From: Myxococcales bacterium
GTDB taxonomy: Bacteria; Myxococcota_A; UBA9042
Assembly: GCA_037441385.1 (NCBI GenBank)
Contig: JBBISH010000026.1
Span: 1 to 57,870 of the forward strand
Length of the DNA: 57,870 nucleotides
Direction: 5' to 3'
Part shown: piece after piece, positions 1-12,062 of the stretch
How positions within the stretch are numbered: position 1 is the first letter of the stretch
Layout of the letters: every line of letters begins with the position of its first letter
Translations under genes and position numbers: made by a program
Notes under the pieces: model-generated
What the model saw: the letters and a program-made list of their open reading frames with translations, nothing else
What the model was told of the DNA's origin: nothing
Databases searched by the model: none

Positions 1-38
1 GCAACCGGCAAAATGGCGCCCCCAGTCGGAGGACCATC

Positions 39-1076
39 ATGCTGATTCCCGCGAACGTTCGTTCAGTTCACCTCAAGCTTTGCGCGGCCTTTGCCCTTGC
101 CCTGGGCCTTGCCAATTCGGCGTACGCGGCCGAAGATAGCATCGTCCCAGAAGAACTGCGCAAAGACGTTCTGCCGGCCAAACCAAAAACAGGCGCCTTC
201 AACAACAAGCTGTCGATCGGGTCGACTGGCTCGTACGGCCACTCCAGCTCGGTCGTGGGCGCCGCCGACGGCAGCACGGTGGCGGTGGGCCTGGTCATCG
301 ACGGTTTGTCCGAATGGGTTTCGGGAGCCTATGAGTGCGCCAACACCCTGAAGATTCAGCACACCCAGACGCGCACGCCCCAGTTGCCCGTGTTCTTCAA
401 GTCCGCTGACTTTGCCGAAATCGTGTCGACGTCGATCTACCGGCTAGAGAGCGTGCCGTGGTTCGGTCCGTACGCCCGTTTCCGCATCAATACTCAGCTG
501 TTTGCTAGCTACGTCATGAAGGCCAGCGATTACGAGATCAAGAAGACTCGGCTGGATGGCACGTCGTCGACCAGCAAGCTGCCTGCGCAGGATCGCTATG
601 ACTTGGCGAGCGGATTCAACCCCTTGGTCTTTGCCGAGACCGTGGGCGCGTTTGCCAACCCGATCGAGCAGAAGTGGTTGACTGTCAAGGCTAAATTGGG
701 TGTGGGCGCCCAGCACGTGCGGTCGAGCAACGGTTTTGCCGTGGCGAGCGACGACACCAAGGCCGGCAAGATGGAAGTCAAGGAGATTCAAGAGGCAAGC
801 CAGATGGGCGGCGAGGCCGAAGTGGCCCTGGCCGGCGACGTGACCGAAGGCGTGGCCTGGAAGGCGAAGGCCAACGTGTTCGTGCCGGCCTATTCGACGG
901 CGGGTAAGAAGACGGGCCTAGATGCCATGACTTCAGACCTCAGCTTTGCCCTGGGGATCAAGCTGGCCAAGTGGCTGTCGCTGGACTACACCGTGATGGC
1001 TCGCCGCGTGCCGCTCGTCTTGGACGCTTGGCAGGTGCAGAACGGCATCATCCTGACCGCCGGCTTCAAGATGTAG
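39..1076 (+). CDS. Exported outer-membrane beta-barrel protein (DUF3078/DUF481-like)
   Basis: GGAGG RBS before ATG; signal peptide ending ..SAYA-AE; amphipathic beta-strand pattern; C-terminal [10 protein letters not shown] resembles a beta-signal. Family assignment is by resemblance only. Confidence 0.6.
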   Translation: MLIPANVRSVHLKLCAAFALALGLANSAYAAEDSIVPEELRKDVLPAKPKTGAFNNKLSIGSTGSYGHSSSVVGAADGSTVAVGLVIDGLSEWVSGAYECANTLKIQHTQTRTPQLPVFFKSADFAEIVSTSIYRLESVPWFGPYARFRINTQLFASYVMKASDYEIKKTRLDGTSSTSKLPAQDRYDLASGFNPLVFAETVGAFANPIEQKWLTVKAKLGVGAQHVRSSNGFAVASDDTKAGKMEVKEIQEASQMGGEAEVALAGDVTEGVAWKAKANVFVPAYSTAGKKTGLDAMTSDLSFALGIKLAKWLSLDYTVMARRVPLVLDAWQVQNGIILTAGFKM

Positions 1077-1248
1077 GCGCGGCTCAACCGCCTGCGCGCC
1101 GTTCGTCGCGACGCAGTGCGGCAATTTGCCAGCAGAACGCTGCGCCTTGACCTTGCAGCGAGCGAACGTCTACAACCGGTACCAGAGCGCTCGCCGCTGG
1201 GTGCCGCGCTGCCGCCACGCCTGCATGTCGTCACTAGGGGAGGCCAAC

Positions 1249-3192
<1,944 letters not shown>

Positions 3193-3267
3193 CTCGCCCA
3201 AGTAGACAACCGTTCGCAGCCCGCCTATCGTCGCCCACCGGCCACCCCTGGCCTCTGCGACGGCACC

Positions 3268-5478
3268 ATGGCTGATCTGACCGCGCTGCTCGGCTTCATG
3301 ACCAACGGGCGCGCTTCGGACCTGTTTGTTGCCGAGGGGCGGGCGCCGGCCTACCGTGTCGACGGCGCGATTCTGCAGACCGCCCACCCGCCGACGTTGC
3401 GCAGCGAAATCGACAGCTTCCTGCAGATGGCGGTGCCCGCGGCCGGCTTGGAGTTGCTCGAGCGCACGGGCGATCTGGACCAGGGGATCAGCCTGGCCGG
3501 CCTGGGTCGCTTCCGCTTGAACGCGCACCGCCAACGCGGTCTGCTTGCGGCGGTCATCCGCCGAATCCCCAAAGGCGACCTGGGTTTTGAGGATCTGGGC
3601 CTGCCGCTGTCGCTCCGCAACATGGCCGACCAAACACGCGGCCTGATCCTGGTCGTGGGCGCCACAGGCAGTGGCAAATCGACCACGATGGCGGCGATGG
3701 TGCATCACATCAACGCCACCTCGGCGCGCCACATCATCACGCTAGAAGACCCCATCGAGTACGTGCACGAAGACCTGCGCTCGATCGTCACGCAGCGCGA
3801 GATCGGCATCGATACCATGGACTTCCACACTGCCCTGCGGCACGTGGTGCGCGAGAGTCCCGACGTCATTGTGCTGGGCGAGCTGCGCGATCTTGCGTCG
3901 GTCGAGGTGGCGCTTTCGGCCGCGCTGACGGGGCATCTGGTGATCGCCAGCCTGCACACGGCCGACGCCGTGCAGACCGTGCAGCGAGTGCTTGGATTCT
4001 TTAGCGAAGGCAGCCGCCACCAGGCTTGCACCGACCTGGCCGCCGCGCTGGTGGGCGTGGTGGCGCAGCGCCTGGTGCCCCGTATCGACGGCAGTGGCCG
4101 GGTGGCGGCGGTGGAATTGCTGCAGGCAACACCCGCGGTGCGGCGGCTGATTCGCGAGCAGCGGCTAGAGGAACTGCCCGATCTGATGCTGGGCGGCGAG
4201 GGCACGTGGTCGTTCAACCGCGCACTGGTGCACCTGTACGAGAAGAAGAAGATTTCGCTGGAAGCGGGCATGGCCGCGGCAAGCAACGCCGAGGAATTCA
4301 AGATGAACGCCCAGGGGCTAGAGCGCAGCCCCGTGGCTTTTGCCAACGAGCGTGCCGACTTGCCGTCCCTGGGCAACCTGGATCTGCGGACGCTGCTGCA
4401 AGTGGCCATCCAGCACGGGGCCAGCGACATTCACGTCGCGGTGGGCATGCCGCCCACGTTTCGCATCCATGGCGAGCTGTTGCCGCTCAAGACCGCTGAA
4501 CTGAGTCCGGCCGACACGCGCCGGCTGCTGTTCGGCTTGCTCAGCACGGCCCAGCGCGAGACGTTCGAGCTCGAGCGCGAGCTGGATTTTGCCATCACCC
4601 TGACCGGCAAGTACCGTTGCCGCGTCAATGCCCACTACCAACGCGGCACGGTGGCGCTGGCGATGCGCCTGATCCCCATCGAGATTCCGGCGCTGGAGTC
4701 CCTGGGCTTGCCGGCGAACGTCACCGCGCTGGCTAACCGCCAGCAGGGGCTGGTGTTGGTTACCGGCCCCACCGGCTCGGGCAAAAGCACCACGCTGGCG
4801 TCGCTCATCCACCTCATCAACACGACCCGCAACTGCCACATCATCACGATCGAAGACCCGATCGAGTTCGTCCACCCAAACGGCACCGCCACCGTGGAGC
4901 AGCGCGAGATCGGTGCCGACACCAAGAGCTTTGCGGCGGCGCTCAAGTACATCCTGCGTCAGGACCCCGACGTGATCCTGGTGGGCGAGCTGCGCGACGT
5001 CGAGACGATCTCGGCGGCGCTGACGGCGGCCGAAACGGGGCATCTGGTCTTTGCTACCTTGCACACCAACGACGCGCCGCAGACCATCGACCGCATCATC
5101 GACGTGTTCCCGCCGTTTCAGCAGACGCAGATCCGCACCCAGCTGGCCAGCTGCTTGACCGCTGTGATTTCGCAGCGTTTGCTGGCGCGGGCGGACGGCG
5201 AGGGCCGTGTGGCCGCCTTCGAGATCCTGATGGGGACCACCGCGGTGCGCGCGGTGATCCGCGAGGGGAAGTCGTTCCAGCTGCAATCGGTCATCGAGAC
5301 CAGTTTCCGCGACGGCATGGTCACCCTGGAGCGGTCGATGGGCGAGCAAGTGCGGGCCGGCACAGTGAGTTTCGACGAGGCGCTGCGCTTTGCCCGCAGC
5401 CACGCCGCGCTCAAGAACGAAGTGGACAAGATCGCCGCCGAGCCAGGTGGGCGTGGGCGCGGGGGAAACGCGGCATGA
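3268..5478 (+). CDS. pilT: Tandem (two-domain) PilT/PilU-family type IV pilus retraction ATPase
   Basis: Two full ATPase units: Walker A GATGSGKSTT and GPTGSGKSTT; EDPIE twice; Walker B PDVIVLGELRD and PDVILVGELRD; His boxes TGHLVIASLHT and TGHLVFATLHT; AIRNLIRE-like AVRRLIRE and AVRAVIRE. Confidence 0.92.
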   Translation: MADLTALLGFMTNGRASDLFVAEGRAPAYRVDGAILQTAHPPTLRSEIDSFLQMAVPAAGLELLERTGDLDQGISLAGLGRFRLNAHRQRGLLAAVIRRIPKGDLGFEDLGLPLSLRNMADQTRGLILVVGATGSGKSTTMAAMVHHINATSARHIITLEDPIEYVHEDLRSIVTQREIGIDTMDFHTALRHVVRESPDVIVLGELRDLASVEVALSAALTGHLVIASLHTADAVQTVQRVLGFFSEGSRHQACTDLAAALVGVVAQRLVPRIDGSGRVAAVELLQATPAVRRLIREQRLEELPDLMLGGEGTWSFNRALVHLYEKKKISLEAGMAAASNAEEFKMNAQGLERSPVAFANERADLPSLGNLDLRTLLQVAIQHGASDIHVAVGMPPTFRIHGELLPLKTAELSPADTRRLLFGLLSTAQRETFELERELDFAITLTGKYRCRVNAHYQRGTVALAMRLIPIEIPALESLGLPANVTALANRQQGLVLVTGPTGSGKSTTLASLIHLINTTRNCHIITIEDPIEFVHPNGTATVEQREIGADTKSFAAALKYILRQDPDVILVGELRDVETISAALTAAETGHLVFATLHTNDAPQTIDRIIDVFPPFQQTQIRTQLASCLTAVISQRLLARADGEGRVAAFEILMGTTAVRAVIREGKSFQLQSVIETSFRDGMVTLERSMGEQVRAGTVSFDEALRFARSHAALKNEVDKIAAEPGGRGRGGNAA

Positions 5479-7790
5479 CGATGGGCAAGTGGACGGTTGT
5501 AGCGGTCTTGGGCAGCTGTGGCATTTTTGTCAGCGCCTGTGGCGAAAATGCAGAAATTGCGCAAAAACCCGATGTTGCGATACAGCAGGCCTACGATCCT
5601 GGCTTGCCGGCGCTGGCCTTGGCCCAGGATCCCAGCGCGTTGGTCGACCCGCGCATTGGCACCGGCGGCTCGGGCAACGTCTTCTACGGCGTGACCTTGC
5701 CGCACAGCATGCTCAAGCTGGGCCCCGATACAGCCAACGGCGGCATGGACATCAAGGGCTATGCCTGGGATGCCAGCAAAATCCAAGCGTTCTCGCACAC
5801 GCACCTGGACGGACCCGGCGGCAGTGCCTACGGCTACAGTCAGATTGCGCTGCTCCCCAGCCTGGTGACCCCCACTGCCGACGAGGCGGTCTACGCCGCG
5901 CCTTTCAACCATGCCAACGAGCAGGCGACGGTGGGCAAGTACGCGGTCAAGCTGGACGATTCGCAGGTGCAGGTCGAATTGACCGCCACCCAGCACTGCG
6001 GCTGGCACCGCTACCAGATGCCCGCCGGCACGTCGCAGGTGGTGGTCAGCCTGGCCCACACCCGCGGCAAAAGCATTGGCGGCCATATCCAGGGCCTGGG
6101 GCAAGGGCGGATGGACCTGCGCGGCGACTACGACGTGCACCCGCTGCTGCACGACCTGCTGGCCAAGAAGGTGCCAGAAACGGGCCTGATCTCGGTCTAC
6201 GCCGACCTGGCGCTGGACCGCACGCCCACGGCGGTGCAGACCTTTGGCAACGGCCAGCCGCTCGCGCCGCAGGCCCAGCAAGATGGCGCCAACCTGGTGA
6301 CGTGGCTGGCTTTTTCGAGTCCGCAGCCGTGGACGCTGAACGCCCATGTGTGCCTGTCGCTGCTGTCGCCCGAGCTGGCGCGCCACCACCGCGGCAAGGA
6401 GCTGCTGGGCAAGACGTTTGAAGACGTGCAGTACGAGCTGGAAAGTGCCTGGAATTCGTTGCTGAGTCGGGTGCGCTTGCCTACCGCGCCGCCGGCCGAG
6501 CTGGTGCGGTTCTACACCGCGCTGTACCACGCCATGTTGCAACCAGCCGATTACACGGAGGAAGGTCAGTTCTGGAACGGTGCCTTGGCCACTCCGGCGG
6601 CGCAGACCACTGGCGGTCGCCGCTTTTACACCGACGACTGGTGCATTTGGGACACGGTTCACACGGTACACCCGCTGCTCACGTTGCTTGCGCCCGAGCT
6701 GGTGGGCGACATGCTGCAATCGCTGGTGTGGATGAGCGGCCCAGAAGGCTACCTGCCCAAGTGCCCGTGGCACGCCAGCGGCGATTCGCGCGTGATGACG
6801 GGCAATTTCACGTTCTGCCTGTTGGCCGACGCCGTGCAAAAGGGCCTTACGCAGTTCGACGTGAAGGCTGCGTACGCCGTGGCCAAGCACGGCGCCCAGA
6901 GCGACTCGCAAAACTACGGCGACGCCGGCCTGTGCGGCTATCTGAACCAGGGCTCTCCGCCGTTTTACGTGCAAAATGGCTACGTTCCGGCCGAGTGTGA
7001 CGCCACGCAGGGCGCGTCGATGACCCTGGAGCACGCCTACTCGGATTGGTGCCTAAGCGTGGTGGCGCAGCAGCAGGGCGACCAAGCGATGGCGGCCGAC
7101 TTGGGCGTGCGCGCCCACAACTGGCGCAACACTTGGGGACCACACGGCTTCCCGCAGTTGCGCAAGGCCGACGGCACGTGGAAGGAACCGTTTGACCCCA
7201 AGGCGATGCCCGGCTTTACCGAAGCCAACGCCTGGATCTACCAGTGGACGGTGAGTCACGAGCCGCTGGCGCTGGCAATGCAGCTGGGCGGGATTCCGCA
7301 AGTGCTTGCGCGGCTAGATGAATTCTTTGACGGCGGCCACTTCGACATGACCAACGAGCCGGATTTCCACGCGCCCTGGCTCTACGCCGACTACGGCCAA
7401 CCGTGGAAGGCCAGCGCCCAAGTGCGCGCCCTGGTCAACCAGCATTTCACCACCGCGCCCAACGGCTTACCTGGTAACGACGACGCGGGCGCCACCTCGG
7501 CGTGGTTGGTGTTTGCGGCGCTGGGCCTCTACCCGGTCAACCCCGGCGACGGCACCTATACCTTGACGGCGCCGATGTTCGAGCGGATCGACTTCGACGT
7601 GGGGGGCCAGACCGTGCACGTGGTTGCGCCGGGCGCCGCCTCGCAGCCGCACATCCTTGCGGCCAAGTGGAACGGCAAGCCGCTCAAGGGGCCGCGGATC
7701 GCCCACAGTGCGCTGGTCCAAGGCGGCTGGCTGGAGCTGGAACTGACGAGCGGCACCAGCGCCTGGGGTGTACAGACCGCAAGTCAGTAG
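5475..7790 (+). CDS. GH92 family alpha-mannosidase, putative lipoprotein
   Basis: VDPRIGTGG, FSHTHLDG, FYTALYHAMLQP, TLEHAYSDW, FTEAN, NEP and PGNDDAG motifs typical of GH92; lipobox-like VSAC; ATGA overlap with pilT stop. Confidence 0.9.
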   Translation: MTMGKWTVVAVLGSCGIFVSACGENAEIAQKPDVAIQQAYDPGLPALALAQDPSALVDPRIGTGGSGNVFYGVTLPHSMLKLGPDTANGGMDIKGYAWDASKIQAFSHTHLDGPGGSAYGYSQIALLPSLVTPTADEAVYAAPFNHANEQATVGKYAVKLDDSQVQVELTATQHCGWHRYQMPAGTSQVVVSLAHTRGKSIGGHIQGLGQGRMDLRGDYDVHPLLHDLLAKKVPETGLISVYADLALDRTPTAVQTFGNGQPLAPQAQQDGANLVTWLAFSSPQPWTLNAHVCLSLLSPELARHHRGKELLGKTFEDVQYELESAWNSLLSRVRLPTAPPAELVRFYTALYHAMLQPADYTEEGQFWNGALATPAAQTTGGRRFYTDDWCIWDTVHTVHPLLTLLAPELVGDMLQSLVWMSGPEGYLPKCPWHASGDSRVMTGNFTFCLLADAVQKGLTQFDVKAAYAVAKHGAQSDSQNYGDAGLCGYLNQGSPPFYVQNGYVPAECDATQGASMTLEHAYSDWCLSVVAQQQGDQAMAADLGVRAHNWRNTWGPHGFPQLRKADGTWKEPFDPKAMPGFTEANAWIYQWTVSHEPLALAMQLGGIPQVLARLDEFFDGGHFDMTNEPDFHAPWLYADYGQPWKASAQVRALVNQHFTTAPNGLPGNDDAGATSAWLVFAALGLYPVNPGDGTYTLTAPMFERIDFDVGGQTVHVVAPGAASQPHILAAKWNGKPLKGPRIAHSALVQGGWLELELTSGTSAWGVQTASQ

Positions 7791-7882
7791 GTTGGCAGGG
7801 GTGCGTCCTCGCGTGCGCCATTGCCCAGTCGCCGGCCACCGGCTAGCCTGGCGGTAGCGCCTGTTGCGCGCTCGAGCCCGCC

Positions 7883-9058
7883 ATGCCCGCCGCCGCCCAA
7901 GCACCTCGCGCCGCCCAGAAACCTGCCGCCACGCCTGCCCAAAAGCCGCAAGCCGGCGCATCTGCAGCCGCAGGTAGCGACGCCGCCCTGCGCGGCATGA
8001 ACTACCAGCAAGGCCGCGACGCGGTGAAACCACCGGCCGTGCCTGGCCTTCCGCAAAACGGGGCCGAGGCCCTGCAGACCGCGCAGAAGTCCGTGCGAGG
8101 CGGCAGCGTGGGCGCCACCCTGGACGAAGCGAGCACCGCCTACCGCGATCAAGATATCGAGGTCGTGTTCGACGCCGGCAGCAAGATGCAAGCCTCGCTC
8201 GGGTGGGGCGGCCTGCGTTTCTCGTGCGATCCCGGCATCTTGGTCAAGGTGCGCAACGCTCCCGACATCCGCATCCAGAGCATCGGCTGGAACTTCGACA
8301 CGGCCAAGTTCACCGCCGACGTGGCGTCGGACGGCATGGACCTGTTTGGCATCATTGGCAAAATCGGCAAGTGGAAGGTCGAGCAGGTCCTGGATCAGAA
8401 GCTGAAGCCCCTGTTGCCTGCCGCGGTCCAGCAGGCCGGCTACTCGCCCAACCGCGACCCGGATCTGGCTGGCACGGTCGGTCAAATGCAGAAGATGTTT
8501 GAGTTTTCTTCGGCGATGCCGGGGCAGGGCGGTGGCATGGCGGCCAAGCTCAGCGCGCCGTCGGCCAGCCTGGACGTCAGCATGCCAGAGGACTTTCGTG
8601 TCGACTTGGGCGACTCGGGCCTGGAGCTGGTCATTGCCCGCGGCACGCCGATCGACTTGGCGGCGCAGGGTGCCGGCAAGCTGGCTCAGCCGACCATCGA
8701 CCGCCTGTCCCTGCGCGCGGGCGACAAGGGGATCCAGGTTCGGCCCAAGCAGGGAACGTTCAAGGACTTCAAGGAGTTGGACCTACACGGCGCCACCATT
8801 CAAAAGGGCGGCGCGCTCTCGTTCGACTACGAGTTGAGCGCCGAGGGGGCGATCCAGGGGATCTTTGCCCTGGGCCAGTTGCTGGGCCTGGCGGCCGGCC
8901 AGCCCGTGTCGGGGCAAGTGCCAGATATCAAGCTGGATTCGATCCGCAAGGAGATCGACGCCAAGCTCCAGTCCGAAGTACCGCCGCGCTTCAAGCAGTT
9001 CTTGCAGCAATACGACGGGCTGGTGCCGGGCTTCTCGCTCAAGGCCCTCTTTGCTTAG
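7883..9058 (+). CDS. Hypothetical protein with low-complexity Ala/Pro/Gln N-terminus
   Basis: 391-aa ORF with host-like codon usage filling the gap between GH92 and tpx; no family recognised. Confidence 0.75.
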   Translation: MPAAAQAPRAAQKPAATPAQKPQAGASAAAGSDAALRGMNYQQGRDAVKPPAVPGLPQNGAEALQTAQKSVRGGSVGATLDEASTAYRDQDIEVVFDAGSKMQASLGWGGLRFSCDPGILVKVRNAPDIRIQSIGWNFDTAKFTADVASDGMDLFGIIGKIGKWKVEQVLDQKLKPLLPAAVQQAGYSPNRDPDLAGTVGQMQKMFEFSSAMPGQGGGMAAKLSAPSASLDVSMPEDFRVDLGDSGLELVIARGTPIDLAAQGAGKLAQPTIDRLSLRAGDKGIQVRPKQGTFKDFKELDLHGATIQKGGALSFDYELSAEGAIQGIFALGQLLGLAAGQPVSGQVPDIKLDSIRKEIDAKLQSEVPPRFKQFLQQYDGLVPGFSLKALFA

Positions 9059-9061
9059 TGA

Positions 9062-9571
9062 TTAAGCCAGCTTGGCCAACGCGTCCAGGGCAGCGGCATA
9101 ATCCGGCTCTTGGGTGATCTCGGGCACGAGCTGGCTGTAGGCGACTTTGCCTTCGCCATCCAGCACGACGACCGCGCGCGCCAGCAGCCCGGCCATGCCC
9201 GACTCTTGCAGGCGCAGCCCGTAGGCTTGGCCAAAGCTCAGATCGCGCAGCTCGGACAGCGGCCGCACGTGATCCAGACCCTCGGCACCGCAGAAGCGCT
9301 TGAGAGCAAAGGGCAAGTCGCGGCTGATGCACAGGCAGACGGCCCCTTGGAACTTGCCGATCTCGGCGTTGAAGCGGCGCACGCTCGCGGCGCACACGGC
9401 GGTGTCGACGCTGGGGAAGATGTTGAGCACCACCGGATTTCCGGCCACGTCGCCCTTGCTGACGTCTTTGAGGTCCAGTCCGGTCAAACGAAAATCGGGG
9501 GCCGCTTGGCCCAGGGCGGGCAGGCTGCCCGAAGTGTTCACGGGGTTGCCGCGCAAAGTCACCGTTGCCAT
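9062..9571 (-). CDS. tpx: Thiol peroxidase (atypical 2-Cys peroxiredoxin)
   Basis: VTLRGNPV start, FPSVDTAVC peroxidatic motif, SRDLPFALKRFC, LLARAVVVLD, EPDY. Confidence 0.95.
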   Translation of the reverse strand: MATVTLRGNPVNTSGSLPALGQAAPDFRLTGLDLKDVSKGDVAGNPVVLNIFPSVDTAVCAASVRRFNAEIGKFQGAVCLCISRDLPFALKRFCGAEGLDHVRPLSELRDLSFGQAYGLRLQESGMAGLLARAVVVLDGEGKVAYSQLVPEITQEPDYAAALDALAKLA

Positions 9572-9781
9572 GTGCTGTCCTGGACGCGGCGTCAATTGCC
9601 GCGGTGCGTCACACTAGGCCAGCCCGTTCGCGGCGGCAAGGGGATCGCTCGCACCTTGGCGACATTGCTGTGTTTCACCACGCATATCCGGGGGTTGTCA
9701 CTTGCCGCTTGCAGTCCGACCCCTGCATCATTACAACTTTGTGACAGAGTGGGGCACGCGCGGGGGCGCGAGGGGTAGGGC

Positions 9782-10327
9782 ATGTCGCTGCATCTTCGAC
9801 CAAACTTTTCGACCAAGGTCGCGCTCGATTCGGCTCAGGTGGCGCACGACCTGGAGCGCGCGCTGGATCGCCCCGACCTGGAGGTGCGCTGGTCGCGGCC
9901 GGCGGGCACGGCGCAGCGCAAGCACTTCGATCGGCTGCACGTACTGATCGCGCCGCGCGAGCGCCGGTTCTGGTCGCCCTGGCTCAACTTGGACTTGCAC
10001 GCAACAGCCGAAGGTGTGGACGCTTTTGGGCGATTCTCGCCGCATCCCAGCGTGTGGACCGGTTTTGCTGCGGCCTACTTGCTCCTGGGCTCGGTCAGCT
10101 TCTTTTCGGCGATTTTTGGGCTGTCGCAGTGGATGGTGGGCGGCGCGCCGTGGGCGCTTGTGGGGACTGCGATTTGCGCGGTCTTGGCGGCGCTGCTGTG
10201 GTGGACGTCGCTCATCGGTCAGCGGCTGGCGCGCACTGAAATGGCGCTTCTGCGCGAGATTGTCCAGCAGGCCCTGCCCCAGGCACCGACTCCGGTGCCG
10301 CTGGTGGCGATCATGGCGATTCCATAG
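9782..10327 (+). CDS. Hypothetical membrane protein (two TM helices)
   Basis: GAGGGG upstream of ATG; FWSPWL motif followed by two hydrophobic segments. Confidence 0.7.
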   Translation: MSLHLRPNFSTKVALDSAQVAHDLERALDRPDLEVRWSRPAGTAQRKHFDRLHVLIAPRERRFWSPWLNLDLHATAEGVDAFGRFSPHPSVWTGFAAAYLLLGSVSFFSAIFGLSQWMVGGAPWALVGTAICAVLAALLWWTSLIGQRLARTEMALLREIVQQALPQAPTPVPLVAIMAIP

Positions 10328-10330
10328 GAT

Positions 10331-11872
10331 CTACGCCGGCTTGCGATTGCGCTCCAGCAGCCAGTAGACCAGCGCCGCGATTCCCGTGCCGCTGAACCAT
10401 GCGTAGATGTACAGGCTATCCCACACGCCGGGCCCGCCGCTGATCACGTGAATTCCCTTGAAGAAACCCGGCAAGTTGGGCGCGATACCCAGCGCCAGGG
10501 CCACGATCGCCGAGCGGTTGTAGTGCCCGTAGCGGCCGCTGGCGCGGTACAGGTCGGCCACATCCAAATTAGTCTTGCGAATCAAGAAGTAGTCGGCGAT
10601 CAGCACGCCCGCCACGGGCCCCAGTAGCGCCGACACGCCGCCCAACCAGCCGCCCAAGTAGGTCGCCGGATCCTGCATCAATTTCCAGGGCATGCACAGG
10701 ATGCCCAGGATACCGGTGATCAGCCCGCCCGTCTCGAAGCTGATCTTCTTGGGCGCCAAGTTGGCAAAATCGTTGGCCGGGCTGACCACGTTTGCCGCGA
10801 TGTTGACCGACAGCGTCGCCACCACGATGCCAAACACCGCCACCACGGCCACCACCGCGCGCACCGCCGCGTCGGCGATCAAGGGCGCGCTCATGCCCTT
10901 GGGCGGCGAGGCCGAAGTCATCTGACCCAAAAGGAATTCAGGCTGCCACAGGTCCTTGAGGTCGGCCCCGGTCAGCACCGCCGCCGACGCCGACGTGATC
11001 ACCAGCGCCATCGCCGAGAAGGCGATCATCGTGGTTGGCAAGCCAAGGGTCTGGCCAAGCATCTGCTCTTTCTGGCCTTTGCCGTAGCGCGTGAAGTCCG
11101 GGATGTTCAGCGACAGGGTGGCCCAAAAGCCGACCATGGCGGTCAGCGACGGCACGAACACGGGCCAGAACTCGCCAAGACTCTTGAACTTAGACGGCTG
11201 GTCGAGCAGCGGCCCCGTGCCGCCAGCGCGCCCCACCACCCACCACAGCAGGCCCGCGGCCAGAACCAGCACGATTGGCGCGGCCCAATTCTCAAAAATC
11301 CGCACTGCGTTCATGCCCTTGTAGATGATGAAGATGTTCATCCCCCAAAACACCATGAAGGTGATGGCGCTTGGCAAACCCAGGCCGGCAATGGCGAAAT
11401 CGCCGCCCAGGCTCAGGTAGCCCGGCCAGAAGGTGCCCAGAAACGTCTTGATGGCCTCGCCGCCGATGTAGGTGTTGATGCCGAACCAACCGCATGCCAC
11501 TAAAGCCCGGATGATCGCAGGAATATTTGCGCCGGTGGTGCCGAACGACGCGCGCGCCAACACCGGGAACGGAATGCCGTACTTGGTGCCGGGGTGGGCG
11601 TTGAGCAAAATCGGCACCAGCACGATGAGGTTGCCCAGGCCGATGGTCAGGAGCGCCTGCCACCAGTTCATGCCGGCGGCGATGAGCCCGCCCGCCAGTG
11701 TGTAGGTGGGGATGCAGTGGGCCATCGAGATCCACAGCGCGGCGTAGTTGTAGGTGGTCCAGACGCGCCGACGCTGCGGCACAGGCGCCAAGTCGGGGTT
11801 GAACAGCGGCGATTGGGCAATGTCGGCCGGCAGTTCAGCCAGGGCCTCGGCGGCCAGGGATGGGTCGTGCAT
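10331..11872 (-). CDS. NCS1 family nucleobase:cation symporter
   Basis: NPDLAP, WTTYNYAALW, GTKYGIPFPVLARASFG, GWFGI, LSLNIPDFTRY, NIAANVVSPANDF; about 12 TM segments; GGAG RBS before ATG 11872. Confidence 0.93.
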   Translation of the reverse strand: MHDPSLAAEALAELPADIAQSPLFNPDLAPVPQRRRVWTTYNYAALWISMAHCIPTYTLAGGLIAAGMNWWQALLTIGLGNLIVLVPILLNAHPGTKYGIPFPVLARASFGTTGANIPAIIRALVACGWFGINTYIGGEAIKTFLGTFWPGYLSLGGDFAIAGLGLPSAITFMVFWGMNIFIIYKGMNAVRIFENWAAPIVLVLAAGLLWWVVGRAGGTGPLLDQPSKFKSLGEFWPVFVPSLTAMVGFWATLSLNIPDFTRYGKGQKEQMLGQTLGLPTTMIAFSAMALVITSASAAVLTGADLKDLWQPEFLLGQMTSASPPKGMSAPLIADAAVRAVVAVVAVFGIVVATLSVNIAANVVSPANDFANLAPKKISFETGGLITGILGILCMPWKLMQDPATYLGGWLGGVSALLGPVAGVLIADYFLIRKTNLDVADLYRASGRYGHYNRSAIVALALGIAPNLPGFFKGIHVISGGPGVWDSLYIYAWFSGTGIAALVYWLLERNRKPA

Positions 11873-12062
11873 GGGCGGCTCCGCGGCAATGGCAGTCTGG
11901 GGTTGCAGCGGGGACCGTACCCTGCCGCAGCGCACCTGACAAGCGGGGCGCCCCAAAATGCCAACGCGTGCCTACTGTTGTCGGCCCTGCCGATGCTGCT
12001 TTGACAGGGCCTTGCGGTTGCGGCAAGGTGAATGAGCGACCGCAACCGCCAAAGGGGACCCG

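Noticed and set aside
11873..12062. Purine, TPP or xanthine riboswitch before the NCS1 permease
   Set aside because: No consensus elements recognised by eye on the minus strand; needs cmscan to exclude fully.
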